This document shows positions 40,730 through 53,703 of a stretch of DNA of 64,000 nucleotides, piece after piece. Below the pieces are notes generated by a model. The model did not search any database. It saw only the letters and a program-made list of their open reading frames with translations, and had not been told where the DNA came from. Positions within the stretch are counted from its first letter, which is position 1; every line of letters starts with the position of its first letter. The position numbers and the translations under genes were made by a program. Source of the stretch: Somniosus microcephalus (taxonomy: Eukaryota); contig CM126224.1 in NCBI GenBank assembly GCA_052327205.1, positions 25,544,001 to 25,608,000 of the forward strand, read 5' to 3'.

Positions 40730-40860
40730 AACCTAGATTTTCCGATCGACATTATTTTACTGCTGGCAGTATCCCATTTACATGCTTTGTTGAGCAGAGC
40801 ATTTATTTTAAATGGGTTCCTGCCAGTATTAAAATAGCGCCGATTTGGAAAATCTAGGTT
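40730..40860. mobile_element. 131-bp palindromic MITE, 3-bp TSD
   Basis: AACCTAGATTTTCC / GGAAAATCTAGGTT with inverted symmetry extending about 50 bp inward. CTG on both flanks. Confidence 0.75.
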
Positions 40861-41418
40861 CTGAAGTCAATTAAAATGTATTTTCTGTTGGTGGAAAAGG
40901 TTCTCTGCATTGCCAGTGATTGACTTTGACTTTATTTCTCTCTTTATTGAGATATTTTACTGCAGCACATACCTAGTTAATGACAAAATCAAGTAGATAA
41001 GGTGCACTCAATTGTGATCTTGAAGTTGTGTAGTTTGGTTGGAAGATGGTTGTTCAGCTAAATAACATTTGCTGCTTTTTTTTAGTTCTAAAGAGCAGGT
41101 TAGTACCGGCGCTGTTGTCAATGCTCAGTGGACTGCAATTCTGATTTTCCTTGCCATGATATATATAGATTTACACAGATGGTATTTAACATTTTTATTA
41201 AAGAAGTATACTGGTTATGATCAATATGAAGAAATAGTGTACATCTTTGGTGGGATGCAAAGCAAATAAATACTGTCATAACAATGGAATTCAGTTCTTT
41301 CATTTATATCCAATGTATGGTATTGTTGCTTCTGACTGCAAATGGACATGAATATACAAACTGTACTCCAGTAATCATAAATTAGTTTTTCCATTTAAGA
41401 CTTTTTTTTTTCCTACAG

Positions 41419-41591
41419 GGCCACATAGGTACCACAGCAACCAAAAATATTGATGTCTACCTCCCCATGCAGACAAGCCAAGACAAGATGCAGCCAATGA
41501 CCGTGATAACAATGGCAAATGCCAGAGTTCAAGATCTGATCGGCTTACTCTGCTGGCAGTATACAAGTGAAGGACGGGAACCCAAGCTGAA
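41419..41591 (+). CDS. MAPKAP1: MAPKAP1/SIN1 internal coding exon (173 bp, phase 0 to 2), N-terminal part of the CRIM domain
   Basis: Acceptor ttttttttttcctacag, donor AA|gtaatt. Translates [57 protein letters not shown](N), matching recalled human SIN1 [58 protein letters not shown]. Absent from the ORF track. Confidence 0.97.
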
Positions 41592-41629
41592 GTAATTGAC
41601 GTACCTTTACTCCTTTTATGTGTAATATT

Positions 41630-42356
41630 GGTCTGAAACTTGCAGCCCTGATGACGGCGAACTGGCAGCATTCGCTGTCATTTCGCCTTTGAAACTGACC
41701 GCAACTTCAGGATTTAGCACGGGCGCAGCCTAACGCGGAAGTCCTGAAGTTGCGGTCTGTCATTCACTGCTCCTCCACAGACTGTGCTTTGGCCGCTGCC
41801 CTCCCTTCCCAAAGAGCCGGTAATCGGTGAAATCACTGATCTGATGAAAACTTCCCCTTTTCCGAACAATTATCACTGTTAAACACCCCATAAAAGTTAG
41901 ACCCATTCAAATGAGGTGTAACTGGATTTTTAATGGCGATCTGAGTAATAACTACTGATAAACAACCGTTCTGGCCCTGAAAAACACATTATATTGGTGA
42001 AATGTCACATTTCTCCATTAAGTTTATAAAAAAAAAATTTTTTTTTTAATTATTAGATTTAATTTTTTCCCAAAATCTTGTTCATGATATTTCAGCTTCT
42101 ATCGTAAGCCAATCTTTATTTTGCTCTTGGTAAACTTTTAAAAAGTGATGATTATTCGTGTTTTCTATTTCCTGGTTCCCTGTCTGAGAATTCTGCGTTG
42201 TGATTGGCTGCTTAGACAGCTTGTTGGTTACAGCAGCTCGCACTATGGGATTCCCACTATATTATGTTGATTTCAACTGGATGTCTGAAAAGCCAAACTT
42301 CTTGCCACAGAGACCGTGAACGCCTTTGCGTCGCCGATGACCGCAAATTATGGGCC
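41630..42356. mobile_element. Harbinger-type MITE 38 nt downstream of the exon donor
   Basis: Imperfect TIRs GGTCTGAAACTTGCAG / CCGCAAATTATGGGCC, ATT duplicated on both sides. GC-rich ends with an AT-rich middle. Confidence 0.72.
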
Positions 42357-43624
42357 ATTGTGTTTCACCTCCCTTTGTCTTTCACTTTTTTGCAATATCA
42401 TAAGGCTTTTTAATTACAGACTTGGCCATATTACAAATTGGCTAAAATGAAACAATTTCAGGTTTGTTTTTAAATTTATTTAGTATCACTGATTTTAGAA
42501 ATGCTACCCATCAGTCAATTTATTTTCTTTGAGTGAGTTTCAACTTGGGATCTACAGTGAAGTCTAAATATAGTGTTTGGTTTGGCAAATACTGCAAATG
42601 AATGCTATATCGGAGCACTACAACACAAGTTTTAGTTTGCTTATTGGCAGCTTCCACAGAGCACAGTTAAAGACTGCAGTTGATCAAGGGAATTCCAGCC
42701 ATCATCCTAAATGGGCTGCTTCCCCCTCTCGAAGTAATGGTGCGAGGCATTGTTGGAAAGCTCTGTTCATTTTGGCTCTTGGGTTCAAAATTCTCCATCA
42801 CCATCTAACTGGTTTTATGTAACTTCTAACATTTGGATCAGCGATTTCACCACCAGTTTTGGAAGGCGCTAATTATGTAAGCATGTCAATTTCTTGCTGT
42901 GTCAGTCCTGGTGGTGGAGAGGTGTTTTCTTCCTTGTCATCACCTTCAGAATCATTCCGTAGCGCGAAGTTCCACTTGTGAAAGATGATTATGATACAAG
43001 CCTCCAAAACTGCTCCCCAACCTGTCTCAATTAATTGGCTACAATCCAGCTGGTTAAAAAGCTTTTTGTCACAGTATCAACTATATGTCCTGCTTTAGAT
43101 GGGAGTTGGTGTGGTCTGAATATGTGGCTACCATCTATCCAGCACGCAATCAGCTGACAGGATTCTGAGTTTTACAGTGTGACGTTGACCAGACTTAATT
43201 TTGGGTTGCAGTAATTTGTTGATTGTAGCAGTTTTCTATTTGTTTATTATTATGTAATGTTAACTTTTGAATGGAGAATCTTTTAATTAGTCAGTAAAAT
43301 ATTATAGTATTTCTACATCCACTTAATAAAATTGCTGATGTGGAAAGCATTTTAAGAAACAAAAAAAAATCCTTCAAATGCTGAATGATTATAATAAAGT
43401 TTAGTTCTAAATCGGCATAGAGTAGAATTTTAGATATACAGGCAGTAGGATCATTGCTAAATTTCTAACCTCCGTTGCAGACTTGAGGACAATTCTGTAC
43501 CAGAGAGGGAGGGAAAATCGGAGGTGAAGTTGTAATTGTGTTGCTGTTACACAATGGTTAGCAGTTTTGGTGGAGGAATAGGCACAGGTTGTCTGCTTTC
43601 TTGGCTACAGGTGTGCTTCTTGAA

Positions 43625-45220
43625 TAATAACAGTAACTACTTTTGTTTATACAGCACGTTTAATGTAAAAAAAAAACAAAAGCACCAAGGAGCTATATAG
43701 CGGATATAGAAAGGGAAGGAACACTTAGCCATAGAGAGAGGCATGAGAACTATAAAAGTTTTAAAGCACAGGTCATTCATCCCATTTGACTGTTGGCTTC
43801 GTGCTAGAGCAATCCAAGACCAATCCCACTGGCCTGCCATCTACATAGCCTTGATCTTCCTTCGCTTCAAATGTTTAGGAGGGTGACCAAAAGCTTTATT
43901 GAAAAGAGGGGTTTTGAGTAGATTTTTTAAAAGTGAAGGGAGAAATGGAGAGGCAGAAAGGTTTAGGGAAAAAGTTCCAGAGAATAACATTAGAATGCCT
44001 TGTATCACCAATGGTGGGGCAAAGGCAGGGGGTGGGGGGAGACACACAAGGCCATCATTAGAGGATCAAAAGGTGCGGGATTGGATATAAAGCTGCAGGA
44101 CACAATAGAGATGGGGTGGAGGAATTAGCATTTTAAATTTAATGTATGGGGGAACAGGGAACCAATGTAGGATAGTGAGGTTGATGGTCCTGCAGATACA
44201 GGCAGGTGACTTTTGAGCACGCTGGAGTCTATTGAGGATTAGATTTTGTGGAAGGTGGACAGTGGCAGGGAGGGAATTGGAATAGTCTAGAGAATGACGG
44301 TGTGGATAAGGGTTTCAACGACAGAAGAGTTGAGATCGGGCTGGAGACCGAAAGTAAAGGAGGAAATAAGTGGTTTTGGTGAATGATGGGTTGTATGGTT
44401 TGAAACTCAGTTGTGCGTTGAACCAGGAATTTTGCATGGCCTGCTACAGTCTGAGCCTGTGGCCAGGGAGAGGGATAGAGTCAGTTGCAAGGTGGCAGAT
44501 TTTATGCTAGGGGACAAAACTAATGGTTTCATTCTTCTCGATATTAAGTTGATGTAATTTGTGATTTTGACAATCAGATAGTCGGTCTAACAACATGGCA
44601 CTGGTCATGGGGTCAAGAGAGATGGAGAGGTAGAGCTGGGTGTCAACAGCATCTGCATGGAAAATGACCTGCAGATGTCGCCAAGAGGCAGCATGTAGAT
44701 TAAGATAAGGGGGGGCTGAAGATAAATCTTTATGGGATTCTGGAGGCAGTGGTACAGGGGTGGGGAGAGATGCTATTGCTGGAGATGCGGCCACTATGGC
44801 CGGCTAGTTAGGAGTGGAACCACACACTGGCACTGCCACACAGCTGCGCAATGGAGGAGAATAATGTAGTTGACCATATCAAATCCTGCACCTGCAGTGG
44901 AAGAGATAATGCATCCCAGTCACAGGATGTCATTCAGAACTTTAGCCTGGGCTGTCTAGAAGTTGAGATGGGTAGAAGCCAGACTGAAGGAATTTGAACA
45001 GGAAGCTTTGAGAGAGCTGAATAGGGAGCAAATCGATGTTGATGTACTCTAGGAAAGGTAGGTTAGAGATGGGACAATAGCTGGAAAGCATAGATGGATC
45101 ACAGGTCGGTTTTATGAGGAGGGGGTAATGATGGTGGGTTTGAAAAGGAAAGGGATGGTGCTGGAGAAAAATAAGCAGTTAACGATGCCCGCTAGCTTTG
45201 GACCCAGGAGGAGCAATTGA
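43625..45220 (-). mobile_element. Old L2 LINE with a small CR1-tail insert (~43750-43872)
   Basis: HADAVDTQLYLS remnant and L2 tail ttgtttatacagcacgtttaatgta. Confidence 0.72.
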
Positions 45221-45632
45221 GCAGTTGGAAATGGTGCGGTTGGGGGCGGGGGGGGAAATTATCCAGGGTTCCTACACCTTACCAGTGACCCTTTCTGGAA
45301 GTGTACGTTTGCACTTTGCATAAGGACTGGATCATGATCTGATTTGGAGCCTCTGAGATCAAGTTGCCTGGCAGCACTCGCTGCCACCTATTTGAATAGA
45401 GAACAGTTGGGTGAGATACTGATGAACATCTTTGAAGCAGTATGCCAGCAAGTACTGCCTACTTGGAGAGGAGAGAAGAATATTGACAAGGTGAAAATAA
45501 GCATCTTCATCATGAAAGAGAAATTCCAGGTGTTCATGTACACTGTTTAGGTGCCAAGGGCATGTTGGTAACTGTTAATGCTGAATTTTGCCTGCCCACC
45601 TCTGCTCCACAAGAGTACCAAGCTATTTTCAG

Positions 45633-46868
45633 TATCAAAAGGGAAAGTCTTGCTTGACCAACCTCATTGAATTTTTTGAAGAGGTAACGGAGAGAATAAA
45701 CAAGGGTAATGCAGTAGATGTAATTTATCTACATTTTCAAAAGGCCTTCGATGAGGTACCACATAATAGACTAATGAATAAGGTCAGAGAATGCGGAGCC
45801 GGGGACAAGTAGCAGAATGGATTTCTAGCTGGCTTCAAGACAAAGCAGAGAGTAGGGATAAAAGGTAGCTTGGCAGAAGGTGGGTAGTGGTGTTCCACAA
45901 GGATCAGTGTTGGGACCACTGTTGTTCACAATTTATATTAACGATTTAGACCTTGGAATCTAAAGCACAATTTCTAAATTTGCAGATGACACCAAATTGG
46001 GAGGGGGGTAGTCAATACTGAGGAGGACTGCAACAAATTACAGGAAGACATTAATAAACTTGCAGAATGGGCATATCATTGGCAAATGAAGTTCAACACA
46101 AATAAATGTGAGGTATTGCATTTTGGTAGGAAGAATAGGGAGGTCACAAGTCTGCTTGGGGTAGAGGAGCAAAGGGATCTCAGAGTACAAATGCACAAAT
46201 CACTAAAAGTAGTGACACAGGTTAAGAAGGCCATAAAAAAGCAAACCAAGCACTAGGGTTTATTTCTAGAGGGATAGAATTGAAAAGTGGTGAAGTTATG
46301 CTAAACTTGTATCGAACCTTGGTTTGACCACACTTGGAGTACTGCATATAATTCTGGTCGCCATATTATTAAAAGTATATAGAGGCACTGGAGAGGGTGC
46401 AGAGAAGATTTACAAGGATGGTATCAGAAATGCAAGGATATACCTATCGGGAAAGGATGAACAGGCTGGGTCTCTTTTCGCTTGAAAAAGGAATGCTGTG
46501 GGGTGACCTAATTGAGGTCTTTAAAATTTATGAAGGGTTTTGATAGAATAGCTACAGAGAGTGTTTCCACTTGTGGGGAAGAGCATAACTAGAGGCCATC
46601 AATATAAGATAGTCACCAAGAAATCAAATGGGGAATTCAGAAGAAACTTCTTTACCCAGAGAGTGGTGAGAATGTGGAACTCGCTACCACAGGGAGTAGT
46701 TGAGGCAAATAGTATAGATACATTTAAGGGGAGGCTAGATAAGCACATGAGGAAAAAGGGAATAGAGGGTTATGCTGACAGTTAGATAAGGGAAGACAGG
46801 AAGAAGCATAAACGTCGGCATGGACTGGTTGGGCCGAATGGCCTGTTTGTGTGCTGTATATCCTATGT
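45633..46868 (+). mobile_element. CR1 LINE fragment (decayed RT to the 3' end)
   Basis: KSCLTNLIEFFEEVT, FQKAFD, tttgcagatgac (FADD), FFTQRVVRMWNSLP; CR1 tail. Confidence 0.92.
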
Positions 46869-47279
46869 AAACTGAGCATCCAAACTACACTCGGGCAGAC
46901 TAAGGAGAAGCTGGCTGAAAATTCTGATAGAAAAGTGTGAATCCCCCCCAAGAATTTTGCCCAGACTAGCTCTCACCATTGGTAGTTAATTGGTTAATGG
47001 TGAGGGCAGTCTGGCTATCGTTAAAATAGATGCATCTCTGGTACAAATTTTGTTTGTTTTCTTTGGACAGTTAGCACCACAACAGTTGACTTCATGGTCT
47101 GACGATGTGGCCATGGGTGTTGATGCCTCTTGTGTTGTGAACAGAAAACAAGGGGAAGATGTGATTCATTTAATTGTCTTCCATCATGTCACATTACATT
47201 TCCAAATTGAACCATTCATTTTAAATTCTCAGTGTATAATTTTAGTTTTGTGGCTACTGGTATTTGAAGTGTACCCTAG

Positions 47280-47720
47280 TATTGATTATAGTCTACAGTG
47301 ACTTGATTAATTTAATTGTTTTTTTCCATGCACTTCAATAGAACTTCCATCTTAGGCTGTCATTAATTGCATTTGCAAAGCATCCTGATTAACTTCTTCA
47401 ATGTATGGAACAATATTTTTCATGTATTTGTATATCCTGTGATTAGATTACATTTGTTTTGCCAATAATTGACTGTGCTCACATTAGAGTAAAGCAAGAG
47501 TAATATGATTGATGGCTAATTTCCTTGCTAGCCCTCACCATATTCTGCTATACCAGTAGTCATTGCATCCAGACAATATATAGGATGCTGGATTTATTTT
47601 CCAGGAAGAGACTGGCCACTGCCACCCAAGGTTTTTCACTGTGATTTTCCTAAAATGCAATCCTTGTTCATGCCTGTGATTGTCATTAAATTACTTCTAG
47701 CAGTCAGCCCCATTTTGTTG
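47280..47720. promoter_or_regulatory. Candidate PBX-HOX/MEIS enhancer
   Basis: TGATTGATGG at 47506-47515 flanked by CTGTCATTAAT and TTGTCATTAAAT. Conservation not tested. Confidence 0.42.
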
Positions 47721-48089
47721 TTCCTCACTTTGTTGGGTGCTTCAAAAAATTCTCCCTTTTCAAGCACTGCACAGTGCTGGGAGTGCAGTGAATTTGCCTG
47801 GTAGGGTTGGAGACCTCCATAGGCAGCAGAAAAAAACCACACAACAATAAAAAGCCTATAGTTCAATGATGTGTGCCACAGTTTGTCTTGTCATGACAGT
47901 CAAGTTTATAGTAAGATGATTCTCTGCTGAATTTCTAAATAGACTAAGTAAACTGGATTTCATAACTTATGACTGGCACAAATTGCAGAAGATTATTAAA
48001 ATATTATGTTATAAAGAGATTGCCATCAAACCACTTTCTTGGTCGGGAGTTTAATGCAAGGCAGGTTCCTGGTAGTGCTTTAACTTGAC

Positions 48090-49176
48090 TGACGTTAGCT
48101 AATATTGTTAACGTTTCCCTCTCCTCGGGTACTGTGTCCACCCTTTCAAATCTGCCGTCATCACCCCTCTCCTCAAAAAACCCACCCTTGATCCCTCTGT
48201 CCTTGCAAACTACCACCCCATCTCCAACCTCCATTTCCTCTCAAGTCCTTAAAAGTGTTGTCGGCCTCCCAAATCCGTGCCCGTCTTTCCCATAGCTCCA
48301 TGTTTGAATCTCTCCAATCAGGTTTTTGCCCCTGCCACAGAACTGAAACAGCCCTTATCAAAGTCACAAATGACATCCTATGTGACTGAGCGTGGTAAAC
48401 TATTCCTCCTCATCCTTCTCGACCTGTCTGCAGCCTTTGACACGGTTGACCACACCATCCTCCTTCAATACCTCTCCTCCGTCGTCCTGCTTCCATTCTT
48501 ATCTAACCAGTCATAGCCAAAGAATCATCTGCATTGGCTTCTCTTCCCGCTCCCGCACCGTTGCTTCTGGAGTTCCCCAAGGATCTATCCTTGGCCCCCT
48601 CTTATTTCTCATCTACATGCTGCCCCTCAGCGGCATCATCTGAAAACGCAATGTCAGATTCCACATGTACGCTGACGGCACCCAGTTCTACCTCATCACC
48701 ACCTCTCTTGACCCCTCCACTGTATATAATTTGTCACACTGCTTGTCCAACATCCCAACATTTAGTTTGGAAGAAATTTCTGCTCATCCAGTATTGGAAG
48801 ACCAAAGCCATTTGCTGCTGAAATCCTCATCCAGGTCTTTGTTACCTCTAGACTTGACTATTCCAACACTCTCCTGGCAGGCCTCCCAGCTTCCATCCTC
48901 TGTAAACTTGGAATTCATCCAAAACTCTGCTGCACGTATCTTAACTCACACCAAGTCCTGCTCACTCATCACCCCTATGCTCGCTGGTTCGGCAACATCT
49001 CGATTTTAACAGTCTCATCCTTGTTTTCAAATCCTTCCATGGCCTCGCCCCTCCCTATCTCCATAACCCCCTCCAGCCCTACAACTCTCCAAGATCTCTA
49101 CGCTTCTCCAATTCTGGCCTCATGCGCATCCCTGACTTTAATCACTCCACCACGGGCAACCATGCCTTCAGCTGCC
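48090..49176 (+). mobile_element. L2 LINE RT fragment (stops and frameshifts)
   Basis: LLDLSAAFDTVDH, GVPQGSILGPLLF, MYADGTQFYL, IQNSAARILT. Confidence 0.92.
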
Positions 49177-50442
49177 ATTTTGAAACCTGTTGCTTTTATT
49201 GGTCTGATTGGGTGTTAATTGTACAAGGCATTGCTGTGTACTAAAATTTTGTTCTCATTTTATGGCCTCGAAGTATACTAGTGGTGTTACCTAGTTGTAG
49301 TGACTTATTTATTTGACCAATCACGTAATCTGTTATATTAACTAGTAGCCAATAACTGTTGTCTTTTTGTAACATCTCTTCTATTTGTTTGCCCAATGAT
49401 TCATCGTGGGCTCCATTAGAATTTGGGGTGAGTGGGAGTAATTTGGGAGGGTTTAGGACAGGCGAGCTCGGAAACTGTCAATAATTACTTTGCAGCAGAC
49501 AAGCGATTATTCATAACCATTGTGAAATGGACTTCTGAGAATAAGTCCCACAGCTAAATAGCAAGTTTAAGGAGAGAGCATCCGTAAGACAAATTTGAAC
49601 ATGTGTGGTGAATTGTGAAACTGAGAATTGTGTGGATGATTGAAAAATGAGACAGACCTTTACTGAGTCACTCAAGCCTCCAACCTATGCCTGATTCAGT
49701 GAGTCTATGCTCGGTCAATTACAACCATTAAATCATAAAGATTTGTTTGTTATTTTAAAAAACCTATACGCAGAAGCATTTTCCCCCTATTGCCTGTGAA
49801 TCCAGTGTCATCATAACATCGCAACACCATTAGGGTGTCTTCAATTTAACACCATTTCATTTGAATATTGCAGATAAGCTTAAACCAATCGTATTCGATG
49901 TTTAAATGCAATGTGATTGAATAATCAATCATTCTCACTGTTCCTCCAGCCTACCTTGGAACTGATATGGTTTAAATCAATCTGCGGTCATCGGAGGTCA
50001 GTTTTGAGGTCAAACATGTTAATGGTCCTTTCCTACAAGAACTGCCTGTTATCAGGGGAATAAGTTGTGCTTTGAGGGGAGAAGGAAAAAGTGCTGGTCT
50101 TATCTGCGGGCGGATTATCTTCTGACCTGGGAAAGGAATGTCCTGTTTTTTACTTTAGTCTTTCTTAACCCCTGCTGTATCACACTTATGTTTTGTCTCC
50201 TCCGCATTGTTCTCCTTTCTGGAGGACAACTTATATTAGCTGATACACTTGTCTTATGGGAAGAGATGTATCATCCAGCTCCGTTCTTTTTAAACTTCTC
50301 TAGGACAAGGAATTCTGCTGCCATGTGATGCTCCCTCCAGGTGTGCAGGCAACAACCAGTGAATATCACAAAGGAATATCGTTTGTACATCAGCCAGGAC
50401 TGATGTTTGAATCTGCCGCACCCTCAGCATTTGGGAGTCTTA

Positions 50443-51116
50443 GGCCTAGAAATTGAGTTTTGGCGCAGCCAGGGCTTTAGCGCCGGAAGTTCGTGCCGGA
50501 GCTAAGTCGCGCTGGTCGGGCCCAAAATTCAATAGTTCTGCGCCCAAACGGCTGCCGGCGCTGCTGAGAGGTGTTTGCGCCTGAAAACTGGCGCTACGTG
50601 CTGAATATCGGCGCTATTCTGGCGCTGCGGCACCCGCTGCGGTGCGGCAGGTTCGGGAAGTGCAGGCCTCCTCCTTCCCTTAAGGAGGAGCTGCCTGCAC
50701 CCGGCCGCGGCCCGCGAAAATCGTTCTAAAAATGAGCCCGGCACCTCGGACAAGTGCCGGGCTTGCTTCTGTTCCGGGGGGGGGGGTGGGGGGGAAGTCC
50801 GGGGAGGGAGCTGCGGGAAAGCGGCCGGCCGCCGCGGGGCCTTTAATGCGCCGGCGCAAAGTCAGGTAAGACTCTGTTGCCAGAGTCTTAGTTGCGGCTG
50901 CCACGGGCGAGGCGGCCGCAACTGAATTTCGGCGCTGGGGCCCGTCGCCATGGCAACCGGGACGCTGCGCACACCGATGACGTAATCGGTGCCGGCGCAG
51001 CGCTACCGGTCTAGCGCGGCGGAAGGGCCCCAGGCAATTTCGGCGCCGGCGCCAATTGCAGCGCTAGGCCCTCTAGCGCCGCAAAAGCGGCGCTAAGGCA
51101 ACTCAATTTCTAGGCC
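50443..51116. mobile_element. GC-rich PIF/Harbinger-type MITE
   Basis: Perfect 17-bp TIR GGCCTAGAAATTGAGTT / AACTCAATTTCTAGGCC with TTA duplicated on both sides. Many GGCGC/GCGCC subterminal motifs; no transposase. Confidence 0.9.
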
Positions 51117-51784
51117 TTAGTGTATTGTTGGATCTTCTAGCTTGACTTTTTTGGCAGCTTTTGAAGGACAGCAGCAGAAAACTACCTTTGCATCTACTTG
51201 ACCAGAAGTACAAAATGCTTATCGACTCAATGCTGTAAAGTGTTGATTACTTATATTTTAGTTGACCTTGTCATCGCTTTTGCCTTTCATTCACAGTCCA
51301 GTGACATGAAACCTGACTGTTCTTAGCCCTTTAGGTGTAAACTTCAAAGTCATAACCCAGTGTGCTGTCTTGTTACTAAGTGCTGATGGATGTGCTCCGA
51401 TGCTTTCACTTGTCATAGTTCAAAGAGCCCTGATATGTAAACATGGAAATCCATTTTATTTTTAAGAACATTTTTACATTTCTTTATGCATAAATAATAT
51501 TGCATTTTGGATGTTTTACTCTTGCTTTTTGCTTGTAGAAATAGTTACATTTCTACAATCACTGAAGTAGGAATTGATTTCCCACCTACTGAATTTTTTG
51601 TCACCATTAAAGAGAAGCTGTCCCATCTTTTCCTTTTTATAGAAATAAATTTTAAAAATGAATATAAAATGTAAGCGTGAAGGATACAAATTGAGATTTC
51701 AAGTATATAACTAAATTGAAAGGATGTGTCTGCTAAAATATTTGTATCTTTTCCAAGACTTATTGTGCCAAGAGACAATATTCA

Positions 51785-51910
51785 GGCTGGGCAATTCCTT
51801 GTAACTCCCCCAGTGTTTCTTCGCCGGAGGTGCGACGGAAACCATGTTGACTGCACTTCCGGCAAAGTAACACTGGCAAAGCAGGAGCAGGTCCAAAAAA
51901 TGTCCTGCTA
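51785..51910. repeat. Old palindromic element, probably a decayed MITE
   Basis: Hairpin CCAGTGTTTCTTCGCCGGAGGTGCG / TGCACTTCCGGCAAAGTAACACTGG at 51810-51876; weak outer TIRs. Confidence 0.5.
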
Positions 51911-52139
51911 TTCTTGAGGTTAGTGACAAAGAATACTCCTGTTAACACAAACCATGTTAAGCAAGGAAAGTGCATTGCTTCCTGGTCACTGTGTAATTAT
52001 TAAGGTTTTTTTTGTTCCAATATTACCATTTACTTACAATCTTGTTAGTCATTCGCTTAGAAAAATTGCAGTTTACATTATTATTAATGCAGTGTCATTA
52101 CCTGTTTTATTTAATACAGAACTGAGTCATGACAACTGG

Positions 52140-52450
52140 TGTTAAATCAGTTTATATTCTGTATTTAAAATGCCATATTTGAACAGTTTTATGTGGAAAT
52201 TTGTGAATTAATTGGTGAAATTGCAAATCAGTTAGTCAGTCCAATAATTCATTGTCAAGTCAAATCAATAAACTTTGTAAATCAACTCAATTTATTCATA
52301 AATGATCTATAGATCAAATGACCAATTAAACAATTAGCATGCACTTTGTAATTAATTAATTGAGGAATCAATCATTTAATTAAAATTCCAAATTTAAACC
52401 ACACATTTTAGAGGCATACTGACACATGAATAATTAAGTAATATTTTACA
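52140..52450. promoter_or_regulatory. Candidate conserved non-coding element (developmental enhancer)
   Basis: Repeat-free and very AT-rich, with dense TAAT/ATTA, PBX-type ATCAATCA at 52367-52374 and TGACA/TGTCA sites. Conservation not tested. Confidence 0.5.
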
Positions 52451-53703
52451 CCTTAGTAGCATTTTTGCTGGCAGTTTCAAACCAGTCATGCCACTGCTTT
52501 TTAGGAAAAAAGCCTCTAAAGGAGTGGGTGCTCCGACCCCCCTGAAGTTTAAAAAATACTCATTGCCTTAACCCTTTTGAGTATCCGCTGGCCTCTTGAA
52601 CACTTGGTTAAAAAATATATTTTAATAAATGTTGGCGCTCATCCAACATGTATGCCTGTTCTGGAGAATGGCATGTTTCTCCATTTTTGCTCAGGTGCAA
52701 TATAGGGCAGTTGCAGAGTAAAGACCTTCTACATTACGCCATAACCTCAATCTCCAGAGCATCGGCAACTGCAGTAATGTGACATTTTTCACATTGGCCA
52801 ACTTTATGGCCTCGGACTAAGATTGTCCAATTCATGTGAATTTGATGTTCAAGTTCATTTTTGATTTGTCTTGCAGTGGGGAAACTAACCTTTCTGTTCT
52901 GTCTTTCTGGGCAGCATTGGGGCCCTTGGTAACATAGTGTTATCACACTCCATCTCCAAGGACATGCACCTTTTTCTTTCATAAAATTTTGGAAGAATAT
53001 TTTTTTGTAAAATGTTTATATGGTCAAATTTTGGAAATGTATAGAACCATGGATATTATTCAATTCATAATTTCAGCCGTATTGTTACAGGAAGAAAAAA
53101 TGCAGTATTATAGTTCATGGTCACACGATGCCTTGCATTTTGAGATCCTGCGCTCCTAACCACATTGATGTCCACAGTCCAACGTCCTACGCCACGAGTC
53201 TAAACTTGACAACTGTAAATTAAATTTTCATATCTGGACTGCATAAAATGAACAAATTAAAATGTCCAATATTCTAGAAATGCATTTTTAATATGAACCT
53301 ATATTTTTTTTAAACAAAGTGAAATGCCAATGTTCTTCAAGATGAGTAAGAAATTACTTGTTTTTATTGATGGTTTAATCTATTGTGTGTGTATCTGCAA
53401 ATAGATTATAGATCTAAAGCTTGTTGGCCCCAGTGGAGCAGTGGTCCAAACCACAGAGATTTGTTTGCTGGTTCACAGCTAGTTTTTGTCAGCAGACCCC
53501 CTTGTTCATTTTTTACAAGCACCACTTCACATTATTAGAAAGGAATGAACATTTCCTGATCTTATTGTTAGAGTACTAGAATGCTTGAGCTATTTCTGTT
53601 ACGCAACTTCGGATATTGGTGTGTCGGTAAGGATTTTGGTGATTGATTTTTGTCACCAGGATGGCTAAACTTTGAAAGCAAGTTGCAGTCATCTTAGTGT
53701 TAA

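Noticed and set aside
1-41418. Upstream MAPKAP1 exon (…[21 protein letters not shown])
   Set aside because: Not found by eye or in the ORF track. It probably lies before the window, though a miss cannot be excluded.
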